NCBI GenBank assembly: GCA_964016885.1
Contig: OZ024740.1
Coordinates: 261,454,001 to 261,518,000, forward strand
Origin: Eledone cirrhosa
Taxonomy: Eukaryota
Reading direction: 5' to 3'
DNA length: 64,000 bases
Shown: positions 27,601 through 37,673 of the stretch, piece by piece
How positions within the stretch are numbered: the stretch's first letter is position 1
Layout of the letters: every line of letters starts with the position of its first letter
The notes under the pieces: model-generated
Seen by the model: the letters and a program-made list of their open reading frames with translations, nothing else
What the model was told of the DNA's origin: nothing
Database searches by the model: none
Made by a program: the position numbers and the translations under genes

Positions 27601-27634
27601 TGCCCATATACTAAGGAAGATCCTGTCAACATAA
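24608..27634 (+). CDS. Reverse transcriptase plus CCHC finger plus restriction-like endonuclease
   Basis: KSPGKD, YRPITCL, WIDYKKAFDS, GIFQGDSLSPLLF, HLFYMDD, YKYLG; CRVC..ETIDHIISMC; RHD; RPDII..IDMSVP..KLSKY; 1008 aa uninterrupted. Confidence 0.95.
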   Translation: MNENELANLKDEIMIEWMKMKESDMGERDTLPKIQNSKQNQKIIHKTNIILKNIIITNKINITDLNHLYYASAKVTTHLCGVKMKKQRNSHKKSTWQDNINRQINLLRSDIEILTNYKVGEHVKQTKLRKLKKKYSIRSTCDIDMLIETIKQKVSAKAARIRRFEKRSRFYKDNNMFKNNQRNFYRKIGKSTITAKSIPPKEEVQEFWEKIWAEEKVHNIHAPWIDRQMKETAHLEEQTWENITVEQLRLALRKTSKWKSPGKDKIQNFWINAFTESHELLAQLYNEIVKEPEKIPSWLVNGITFLLPKNDETNNPKNYRPITCLTTMYKILTSVLTEYTYDHLITNDLFPIEQKGCKRGSYGCKDQLLVNKMILEDCHNRHKNLSIAWIDYKKAFDSLPHSWIEKCLEIFKISPVVRRFLSFSMRTWRTTLLLNSETKSLEAGEVNINCGIFQGDSLSPLLFCIALIPLSKMLNETKHGYRVYDKTINHLFYMDDLKLFAKNDEQLQGLLSTVKQFSDDIKMEFGLDKCAKATFTRGKLLKSSDINLDRRNVIRELDQEQTYKYLGVCEGDGIKHSTMRERIRKECYRRVRAILRTELNARNRIDAINTLAIPVVTYSYNVINWSSTEIRRLDTKIRKFLTMHRMHHPKADIDRTYLPRKEGGRGLIQLDIALKTATIGLSTYLRESHDWMIKLVLKHESTKRSYSITKDAQRYSNGLQISEVPFTAEMENTEKAKQVKVNAKKELLQKLAKKWQEKPLYGKYPERANNPDVDKTLTHQWLASSGLKSETEGLIISAQDQCLPTKNYQANIIKNGCSPLCRVCKKQPETIDHIISMCSPIAPTEYLNRHDRAAQYIHWIMCKHFDLPHQKNWWEHQPPPILEKDHISILWNFSIQTDRKIDANRPDIILKDFQRRVCLLIDMSVPIDKNVSIKTFEKLSKYKDLEIEIGKMWKLRTKTIPVVVGALGMIPKGSNDYLSQIPGNPRIGEIQKIVLMGTAHILRKILST

Positions 27635-27774
27635 GTACATCACAAGTCTAAACACTAAGGATGCATGTGTGAATATGTGTGTTCTTTCTTGAACATGGCG
27701 GACCTTGTTGTCTCTTGAGGTCACTGGTTGTGACTTGGTGATAACTCGTATAAACATAAAGCAAGATAAATGCA

Positions 27775-27807
<33 letters not shown>

Positions 27808-27808
<1 letters not shown>

Positions 27809-29625
27809 TCCGTTTACAATGGTTTCGCTACTCCATATAATGTTTCTGGATCAAATGATTATAGATCATTATTGATCTGGTTCAGATGAAGATAATTAAC
27901 TTAGGTAAAAATGGAGCAGCTCTTCAGAACTTCAAAAGAGATAATGAAAATATTGATAAAGGTACGATGGAATAAGAAATATAAAGTAAGGTAAAGAAAG
28001 ATGGTTACATGAATGTAATGTTCCATATATTGGTATTTCCCTATGGTGTCCTGGGTCTATCTATTGTCTGCTATAGGCAAGTATTATTTTTCTGTCGAGG
28101 TTGTATTAAGCGAGATCTTCCTATGCGTAACAAGATGGCCACCTAAGGACATATTTACCTTACTAATTAGAGACGGGTTTCAAGGGAAGTAACTCCGTGA
28201 GAATTTAGAAATTGTAGGTGATTTATAGCTAAGAAGCGCTAATGAGCTTAAGTGAGAGACAGTGTAGGGGAGGTAACTTATAATTACCTAAGTCTGGGTT
28301 AAATATTTAACATATTAGCTATAAGTAAAAGTGGGATTAGATGACTATGTTGGGTCGAATATTCTGTTGGCGAGGAATTTGCCCTTCGATCTTGACAGCT
28401 AATAGTTATCTCGTTTCTATCGTTAATCGGTAGAGGTCGTGATAGAGTTATGTAATAGGCTCGGTAAGACAGAGATCACAAGAATTTCTTCGTCCATTGA
28501 ACGCTTGGGATCTAGCCAAGATATCCCATGTTAGTGAGTGTTCAATCTTGGTTAATTTAAGGTTTTTAATGAGCCTAGCTAGAGACGTTGAACATCTATT
28601 GCTAGGGTCTCGGAAGGAAAATGAGTGCGCGTTATAGCGTACCTTAAAAGAGTTAGAGGTAGAGCCAATATAGGAACTGGTATGCGATGCTGTTTTAACT
28701 GTGCACCTATAAACTATATTGGGTGTAAGGCATTGTCCGTTTAGTGGGCATGCATTAGGGTGACGGCAGTTGCAGTTACTGCTGCGGTTAGTGAGGGTAG
28801 GGTTGTTTAAACTATGCGGTTGGTGCGTGCTAGAAGGATTAGATGGGGGAGGTATGCTACTATAGTAAGTATTGGTGTAGTGGCGTGGTGTATTTGAGGG
28901 TGGTGGTGGTACCGCGGTGTGGGAGTTATACTCTTTTAGTTTATCATGGTTACTGAATGCGACGTGGCTAGCTAGGTTAGGTGTTGTGGAGAATGGGATT
29001 TTAATGTTGTTTTTATTAAAGAGTTTGTAATATCTATGGTTGGGGGAGGAAATGTTTAGATAGGATAGAGAAGAAGCGTTTAGGGATATTAGTGGCTAAA
29101 TTAGATGCGAATGGGGGAGGGGGGGGGGGTTAAGCCAGGTGATATTTCTAGGCCTATTCCTTCTAGGGGTTCTAATGGAGTTGGCAGGGGCCTTCATAGG
29201 GTTAATATTACCTGGGCGTTTGTTATTTGTCATCCCATTGCTCATTCCTATTATAGGGTTGATTTTGAGTCTGCTACTTGGAGTGGGAAGTAGGCCTCTG
29301 TCACCATTAAGGTTCCCTGTATAAGTGCTGTTACTGCTAAAATTCCGGCGTATCTGGCTACATGCTAAAGTATTTCTAGTTATAGTGTTAAATTTATTAT
29401 GGTTGTGGTGAAGTTCTGTGTTATGGCATTTAGGTATGTAGTAAATGGACTGTTCTTAACCAGATTCCGAAAGGGCCTTATTATAATATGCCGCATGGTT
29501 CATAAATATCTCCTCATTTGCGGATAACATGGAGATCCTATACGAGATAGATTTGATGACTGCTCTGATGACTGCCGGTGGGTGGTTAGAGTGCGGGCTA
29601 ATATATGTAAGTATTTCACCTGGTT
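27808..29625 (-). mobile_element. 5'-truncated Naiad-type Penelope-like element (RT thumb plus GIY-YIG, 3' pLTR)
   Basis: YISPHSNHPP, YYNKALSESG, CNCRHPNACPLNGQCL, IVY..SYIGSTSNSFKVRYNAH, CDLCLTE; disrupted. Confidence 0.85.
27812..27930 (-). ncRNA. Type-I hammerhead ribozyme with extended stem II
   Basis: Reverse complement GTT-CTGAAGA-GCTGCTCCAT...ATGGAGTAGC-GAAACCATTGTA-AAC. Confidence 0.65.
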
Positions 29626-29639
29626 TTATGATAAGGGTA

Positions 29640-30236
29640 AGTACTGCCAACAGATATGGATTTACCACCTGCAAGAACCCTCTACACAACATCCTGCTGG
29701 ACCCTTTTGAGAAAGATCTATTTAACCTCGCCAGGAGCATTAAATTCAACAAGCATTATAGAAATCATTATTATTATTATTATTATTATTATTCCTTACA
29801 TTAAACTATAATTACACTCCTTATTCCTTTCATTAAACTGCAACTAATGTCTTCCTTGTGAAATTTGTAGTCTTGTTTTGCTTAACTAACGAATATATAT
29901 ATATGTAAGTATATTTATATACCTTAAGTTAACTCTAACAGTTATGTAAATTACTGTTATGTATTTTTAAGCTTTCTTACACGCACCCTCTGTATTATAT
30001 GTATTATATGTAAGTGTTTTTCATGTATCAAACTTAAGGTATCTAAATATTGAGTTTTGTCATATCTTACTCACTACCATGACTGGATCTTAACCATCTA
30101 CTATGTCAGGGTATCTCATGCATCATCTTATTTTATCTGATGAGGACGTACTGTTGAAGTTAGCTCAGTACCTCTGAAATATGTATAATAAAATATACTT
30201 GATCACAAGAAGTTCTATTTTTGTTAATATTTTGAA

Positions 30237-30243
<7 letters not shown>
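29640..30243 (+). mobile_element. Opposite-strand PLE N-terminal fragment plus pLTR
   Basis: CKNPLHNILLDPFEKDLFNLARSIKF resembles SRKNPPYNKLLEVFETEMLGII..IKF (50618-50899); 30050-30240 resembles the pLTR at 47.3 and 51.1 kb. Confidence 0.7.
30129..30195 (+). ncRNA. Type-I hammerhead ribozyme in pLTR
   Basis: TATTTTAT-CTGATGA-GGACGTACTG..CAGTACCTCT-GAAATATGTATA-ATAAAATA, with an 8-bp stem I. Confidence 0.7.
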
Positions 30244-30307
<64 letters not shown>

Positions 30308-31581
30308 AAACGTCTAACATAGCTGTTTCTTCTATGTAATATATCTTGTAGTTGCAATATGACTATACTTTGTTTCTTTCATATCTGGTCTGTGCTTGGT
30401 TTTTCATATCACCGATGAAATACAATTGAAAATATTTTGGATCTTCTGAAAGTGGATGAAGTGATCCAATTCTATGTTTCACTTGCCCTTGGATCTTGAA
30501 AGTGGACATAAAGCCAGCTTCATGGATGACATTTGCAGCAAATGCATTATTGTACTTCTAGATATTTTGAAGAAAGTGTTTTGATTCAGTAGTTATACCA
30601 ATCAGCAGTTCTCTGAAGGGTTTTGTTGGTTCAGATTACAGGTCTAGCAAAAGTTATTTTTAGTAGTGCTTCCATAAATCAAAACGTATGTCGCTCACTT
30701 TCTTCACTTTCTTTATCTCTATTTCTCTCTCTCCTCGTTCATTCATTGTTAACTTACTTGCTTAATTCCATATTTGCTTTCAGAGCTATATACGAAGATA
30801 TGGCATACGTACACTCACAAGGTAAATATATGAAGAATATATATATATATATATATATATACATACATAGACTAGATATAAAGAGCAGATAAGACCACAT
30901 GGAAGAGACATAAAGAATGTATGACCTCACGTTCTGCAGCCAATAGAGGAGAGAGCGGATATTAAAGCAAATATATGTTGTTACTTTAGTGACGGCAAAT
31001 ATGTTGACGGGAAAGATATGAAGAATATATATATATATATACATGGGTTAAATATGAAGTAGATAAGACACACGGAATGCATGACCGCACGTACTGTTGC
31101 CGATATAGGAGAGGACGGTTAATATGTTGAACGCAGGAGAGAGGGTGGGACCCTTGAACATGTATCGCTCACTTTCTCAGCTTTCCTTATCCGTGTCTTT
31201 CTCCTCCTGACTACCAACGTTATTTTTCCAAACAGAGACAAACAAACATATAAATGTAGGTCCAAGTGAAAGGAAAACCTATTTCTGAGTCTAAGGAATT
31301 CACGTGCCAAGTTTAAACATGATTCATCCACTGGTTTTAAGCGCATTGGAGACAAACAGATAAACAAATTAATATATATATATAACATAGTTTTTTAACA
31401 ATGATAATAAAGGCAAGTTATTTTACATTTCTCATTCATTGTTTTACGGTAATTTCGGAGGATTGATCATATCGATATATTGACTGATCTATAGCAGTTA
31501 TAGAACTGTATACTATTAGGCATAATATATAGGTTCGATCATACCGTCTTCTTCGGAAACAATGGTTATTAGAAAAACTAA

Positions 31582-32566
31582 TCTATATATATAAAACTGT
31601 GGTTGTCTGTCTGTCTATCGATATTTGGCACACATCTCCTCTTAGAATCTCTGACGGAATTGCACCGAAATTGCTATACTTGTACATTGAGCCCTAGCGA
31701 AGACATCGGAAAAAAAATATTTCAAATTAACCCACCCTATGTGACGAAATCGAATATAATGTATCGATTTTTGAGCGTAAGTTATCAGTTATTTCCCTTT
31801 GTTCTGTTTACATTGAGCGTCTTACGTAAAAAATTACGCTGGCTTTCTCAGCGTTTGAAATGACATTAACACAATACACGAACAGTTGTCGAGCCAGCAA
31901 AATATTGACCTGCAAAATTCATCAGTTCGAACACTAAGCTTCCGTTTTGCTTCATTTCCATTTAAAAGCATTTTAAAACAATATTTTTACTTGAAAACAA
32001 GTCTATTTAAAGACTACGTAAAACAAGCAAATATTTCGTCGTTAGGCGTGCAGACAGACAGTCGTGCAGACAGACAGTCGTGCAGAGAGGTGATATACGC
32101 GCGCAGACAGACAGTCGTGCAGAGAGGTGATATACGCGTGCAGACAGACAGTCGTGCAGAGAGGTGATATAGGCGTGCAGACAGACAGTCGTGCAGAGAG
32201 GTGATATAGGCGTGCAGACAGACAGTCGTGCAGAGAGGTGATATAGGCGTGCAGACAGACATAACTGATAATTTGGTTACGCTAATGTTTTTCTCTGCGT
32301 TGCAGTGTTTACATTTTCGATCTTTGTTAATAAATAACCAGTGCAGTTTCTATCCCCAGCATCCTCTTTTGTTATAACATTCGGGTTATCGTTATGTTTT
32401 CTTAACTTCATAAGGCATATTGTTGGTTGAGGGAATATTAATCAAAAACACCACATGCAAGTCTGCACAGTAGACACTAAAGTTTTTAAGCCACGAAAGA
32501 AACTTAACATTGTAACTTTAACACAGCTACTGAGCGACCCCGAGCAACGCCGGGCTTTACTGCTAG
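31582..32566 (+). mobile_element. Non-autonomous Helitron
   Basis: A|TCTATATATATAAAA..(GTCT)n at the 5' end; CCCGAGCAACGCCGGG hairpin plus CTAG|T at the 3' end. Confidence 0.85.
32045..32260 (+). repeat. 37-bp minisatellite (~5 units) inside the Helitron
   Basis: GGCGTGCAGACAGACAGTCGTGCAGAGAGGTGATATA units. Confidence 0.92.
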
Positions 32567-32777
32567 TATGTAATATATCAGACTCTGTATCTAAAAGATT
32601 GACTCAGCGAACTACAAGCCTACGATTTTTGTACATAATATCCATCGGAACCAATCACAGGATCTCACTAAACTACATTCTAACGGATAACATTAAGTTC
32701 TAACTACGGTATAGACCCTACTACGAAAGGTAGACATCATTGAATACACACACACCCACACACACATATAATATATG

Positions 32778-32899
<122 letters not shown>

Positions 32900-33560
32900 A
32901 TATATATACTATAAAGTATGTCCATAGAATCATTTGATAATATATATACTCCATTTCCTCTCCCAATTAGCATAATCAACCACATAAAAAATCAATTAGA
33001 CCAGACTATAAGATTAAAAGGCACCTATGAAGAAATATAAGATAAATAAACGACAGCAATCTCTTCGCGGCCCACCGCCATACAATATTTACCCAACATT
33101 TCAACAGTTCGTGGAAATCGACTAAATATACCGTCAACCATACACAATTAGGTATAAAATTAAAGTTAGAAGAAATGCGTACACACTTACCAGGATTATG
33201 TCTCTACCCTCGGGTTTCGTTCGCATTTTGAGATATCCTATTAAGGATAAAATCTCGAGCTCATAGGACAAGTAATTTTCTAAGATGATCCCCGCCAGAA
33301 ACAAATTCAAAATGGCTAAAAATCGTGACGTGGCAGTGGTCAAGTCAGAAATAATGTAATTGGTTGCTTACGGCGAGTGAGCTGGTTGCTAGAAAGCGCA
33401 GCCCAATATTGCCCAAATTGCATCTCAACCTAATGAGAGATTATTAAATATAAAGATTTACATATACACAAACTAAACAAAGTCACAGATATATATGTTT
33501 TAGCAATCATTCACGATGTGGCTCAATGATGAATTAATAAATTAAATAATCAGAGCAATA

Positions 33561-33630
<70 letters not shown>

Positions 33631-33638
<8 letters not shown>

Positions 33639-35780
33639 ACCAATCAAATCTTAGTTTAATACATTTATTTGCTGACAATGGTTTCTTCCAGAAGGATGTC
33701 TGGAATCATCGGAGCATAGGGAATGTTTAAACAGGTGATTAAAGTCCTAGTCTTCAGAACATTTAGGTAGATACATAACTGTTTTCAGTGTCATAGACAT
33801 CATATAGAAAATCGGGAGTTAAAAAAGAATGTTATGCTTCAGAAAACACAATTACAAGGATCAATGGTGAAAACTGAAAAATAAGCATATTATGTATAAA
33901 GGTATTGTTTAAGGTAATACATGTGCAAAAGGTACAAGCAAAAAAATATAAAAAAATGTAAAATAGGATAGATAGATAATATCATAGCATTGGAAATCAG
34001 GTAATGTTAAGGGTATATAATGCAAGAGTCAATACAATTAATAAAGGCATGTATGAGGTAAGAGTTATATAATAACTGAAGCAAGCATATTTCATGTAGA
34101 ATGTAAAAAGTGTTAGAAATGTTTAAATTTTTTAAAATAGCGTGCTATATGGTAGAGGGACATGTGGTGATAAAATGGATATATATTATGTGAAATGTAA
34201 TGCAAAGCACGTGATTGAATTAGATAGGTAATTTTCATTCAATAATTTTTATGCTGGAGTTCGTATATAGATGTATATGTTGAGTGTAACATAGATGTAT
34301 TAACCATGGAATTTTCTTAGTTTTAGATGTAATGTTTTTGAGATGTGTATAGTTTATAGATATGTTTGGTCCATTATATATTATATAAATCCCTATCTTG
34401 TTATAAAAAAGTTTAACTCTCTTTGCACAATCTGAATATATATATATTATATATACATATATATATTATATAAATCCCTATCTTGTTATAAACATTTTTT
34501 TAACCCTCTATACACAACTTGAATAGATAAGAATTACAAATAACTTTTATATATAATTAATTAATAATCATTAATAATATTTTATAATTTATAAATATTA
34601 ATTTATAACACTACAATAAAATCCATTTACAATAATAAAACAACCCTTAATTTATCAATAACCTTAAAAACCTCCCTAATTACCTCTCTTTGTTATTAAC
34701 TCCCCTTGAGGATACCGCTTCCTTTTTTAAAATTCATAACGTTAAAACAACTTAACGACTTCTCAACCGCCTAATAACTATTAATGGAACTTACACATAA
34801 ACAAACTCTAATATTCCTTAATAGAAAATTTAAAGATAGGAATGCATTGTATAATATATTTACTATAACAATATGGCCAGTAATTCAGAGGAATTTATCT
34901 TTACCAAACACATATCTATAAACTATACACATCTCAAAAAGATTACATCTAAAGCTAAGAAAATTCCATCGTTAATACATTTGTGTTACACTCAACATAT
35001 ACATCTATATACGAACTCCAACATAAAAATTCTTGAATGAAAATTACCTATCTAATTCAATCACGTGCTTTGCATTACATCTCAGATAACATATATCCAT
35101 TTCACCACCACATGTCCCTCTACCATTTTTTAAAATTTAAATATTTCTAACACTTGTTACATGCTTTTACATTCTATATGAAATATACTTGTTTCAGTTA
35201 TTATATAACTCTTACCTCATACATGCCTTTATTAATTGTATTGATTCTTGCATTATATACCCTTAACATTACCTGATTTCCAATGCTATGATATCTTCTA
35301 TCTATCCTATCTTACATTTTTTTTTCGCTTGTACCTTTTGCACATGTATTACCTTAAACAATACCTTTATACATAATATGCTTAATTTTTCACTTTTCAC
35401 CATTGCTCCTTGTAATTGTGTTTTCTGAAGCATAACATTATTTTTTAACTCCGATTTTCTATATGATGTCTATGACACTGAAAACAGTCATGTATCTACC
35501 TAAATGTTCTGATGACTAGGACTTTAATCACCTGTTTAAACATTCCCTATGCTCCGATGATTCCAGACATCTCTCTGGAAGAAACAATTGTCAGCAAATA
35601 AATGTATTAAACTAAGATTTGATTGTTGTAATATTTTGTATCTCGGCTCTGTAATACACTTGATAATTTACATTGAACCTTTTATCCTACTGGTAACTAG
35701 CTAGAACTTAGTACTACCCTCTATATTTATAACTGTATATTAAACATATATAAGTATAAATATTATTATTATTACTACAT
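33631..35780. mobile_element. ORF-less fold-back element with ~735-bp inverted arms (PLE pLTR-derived)
   Basis: 33631-34370 is inverted to 34903-35635; hammerhead motif near each outer end; flanked by (TA)n. Confidence 0.82.
35550..35596 (+). ncRNA. Minimal type-I hammerhead ribozyme (CCGAUGA core); antisense twin at 33670-33716
   Basis: TGCT-CCGATGA-TTCCAGA-CATCTC-TCTGGAA-GAAACAATTGTC-AGCA. Confidence 0.72.
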
Positions 35781-35796
35781 ATATATATATATAAGA

Positions 35797-35975
35797 AGTA
35801 TCGGTAGAGGGTCGGACGCCATGCTTTCCAGCATAGTTACGTCCCTTTACGATCTGAGTTCAAATCCCGACGAGGTTGATTTTTGCTTTTCATCCTTACT
35901 GGGTCGATAAAATAAAGTACCAGTAATGCACTGGGTAATTGCTGGCCTTGTGCCTAAAGTAGAAACAATTATTAC
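35797..35975 (+). mobile_element. SINE family A
   Basis: Same motifs as 6058-6245. Confidence 0.85.
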
Positions 35976-36289
35976 TATATATATATATATATATATATAC
36001 ACGCATATGTATGTAATAAGAAGTTGACGGGACTAGCATGAGTTTCACTGATAGTACCGGTTGCATCTTAGCGTACTTAATAGGTAATGTTATGTAAAAA
36101 TCCCACAGTAGTCACAAATTTATTTGTTTCAGTACAACACACCTAAATGGGTACCTTAAATCTATACCTGTACTCTAGTTTCGGCCACACTTAATGCAGT
36201 AATAGAGTGCACAGCAACCACTGTCTACATTTATTATGCAACAATGCACAATCGGCGCATGTGGCTTCATCAGCGGGTTTCGTCTAATC

Positions 36290-36768
36290 AATAACCAATC
36301 CATCGACAGAATTTGATTCCAGTCCGTGTCGGCTATGCCACTGTATGTGACAGACGACACAATAGTACATTAGCAACTGAAATCCCTACGTGTCATCACA
36401 ATGCCGTCAACCGATTATCTATTGGTTAAGAAATTGACGTTCTTCCACCATAGCCATAAGCACTTACCAACAAATCTCAAACACAAATTAATAATTGAGT
36501 GAAAAAATCGGTTATTAGAGAAAATCAGTCTCCAATCGCTGTACAACAGAATTGTAGCATTCGGCTCTAGTCTCCAAGTACCATGACGGTAAATAGTGCG
36601 ACAGTAACAATGATTGTGCCTAAAGCCTTTCCAAACATTAAATGCCAACAGCCGATTAGACAGCGATATATAATTAGAGCTTTGGTTAGAATTCGAATTC
36701 TAGATATTTCGACCAACTACGTGCGTAAACCGATCTATTTCACAATTTGTACCAGTCAATAGGTGAGT
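36290..36768 (+). promoter_or_regulatory. Candidate Pol II promoter and non-coding first exon
   Basis: Unique sequence with CCAAT/ATTGG boxes (36296, 36421, 36532), TATATAA at 36667 and a strong donor AG|GTGAGT at 36762/36763. Confidence 0.35.
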
Positions 36769-37120
36769 GAGAGAGAAAGATAGAGCATGTATTAGAGCAC
36801 ATATTAAACAAAACACATATATTTATATATACGTATCTATATTACGTGTGTATACATGTAACGCCAACACAGAGAATCTAATAGCAGATAAGTAAATGCA
36901 GATTTGTTCTCTCACATACATAATAAACACAAATTGTTAAGCTGTTAATTAGTAACCTAAATTCATTCAGTACTTGCACACCTATCGGCGTCACATTTGT
37001 TTATCTCAGAAAATATGGCGACCACTGGAAGCAAGTGATTAAATGTACATAGTGATAAATAATAACGGATTGCTTGTCTATTTTCTTGTGTTTCTCAGTT
37101 GACTGGAAGAATCGATAGGA

Positions 37121-37570
37121 AATAATGGTTTCTGATTTAGGCACAAGGCCAACGATTTGGCGGGAAGGGAAAGTCGGTCCCAGTGTGTTATTCGTACTTT
37201 ATTTTATCCCCCCCCCCACCTAAGAATGAAAGACAAAACCAACCTCTGCGCGAGTTGAAATCAGAACGTAAAGACCCGGAACAAATGGTGCCAAGCATTT
37301 GTTCTATGCTCTACTGATTCTGCCAAACCACCTCCACTAAATCGACAGAAAATAATAATTGATTTCTTAATTAAACAGAAATCCAACAATTTTTGTTGTG
37401 GGTTGAGTCGATAGATCGACCAGGTACATGACTGCTCCTTATTTTATCGACCTCGGAAGGATAAAAAACAAAATGCACATTGGTAAGATTTGAATTCAGA
37501 ATGTAACAATCCATAACTCGGTAATGCAAATTATTTTGTCCGACGCTCTACCGATTCTGCCAATCCAACC
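37121..37570 (-). mobile_element. Two older tandem SINE family A copies
   Basis: Diverged copies at ~37121-37335 and ~37352-37570. Confidence 0.75.
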
Positions 37571-37673
37571 ACGTACTATAATGATAATTTCTCTATTGGC
37601 TTGCAAGGACAATACAACAAAATAGGCACTGTGGGGTTTTACAAATAATAAAAAAAATTGTAAACAAATAAAA

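Larger units (their letters stand above)
23822..27807 (+). mobile_element. Near-full-length R4/Dong-clade non-LTR retrotransposon
   Basis: Structured 5' UTR, long RT-RLE ORF, short 3' UTR, (AAT)n tail at 27775-27807; 5' boundary approximate. Confidence 0.88.

Noticed and set aside
28380-28790. Selenocysteine (TGA) codons in the Naiad-type endonuclease
   Set aside because: Conserved Cys positions read TGC or TGT in this copy, so there is no direct evidence.
32045-32260. 37-bp repeats of CRISPR-like length
   Set aside because: Contiguous tandem units without unique spacers, in eukaryotic TE context, with no cas genes.
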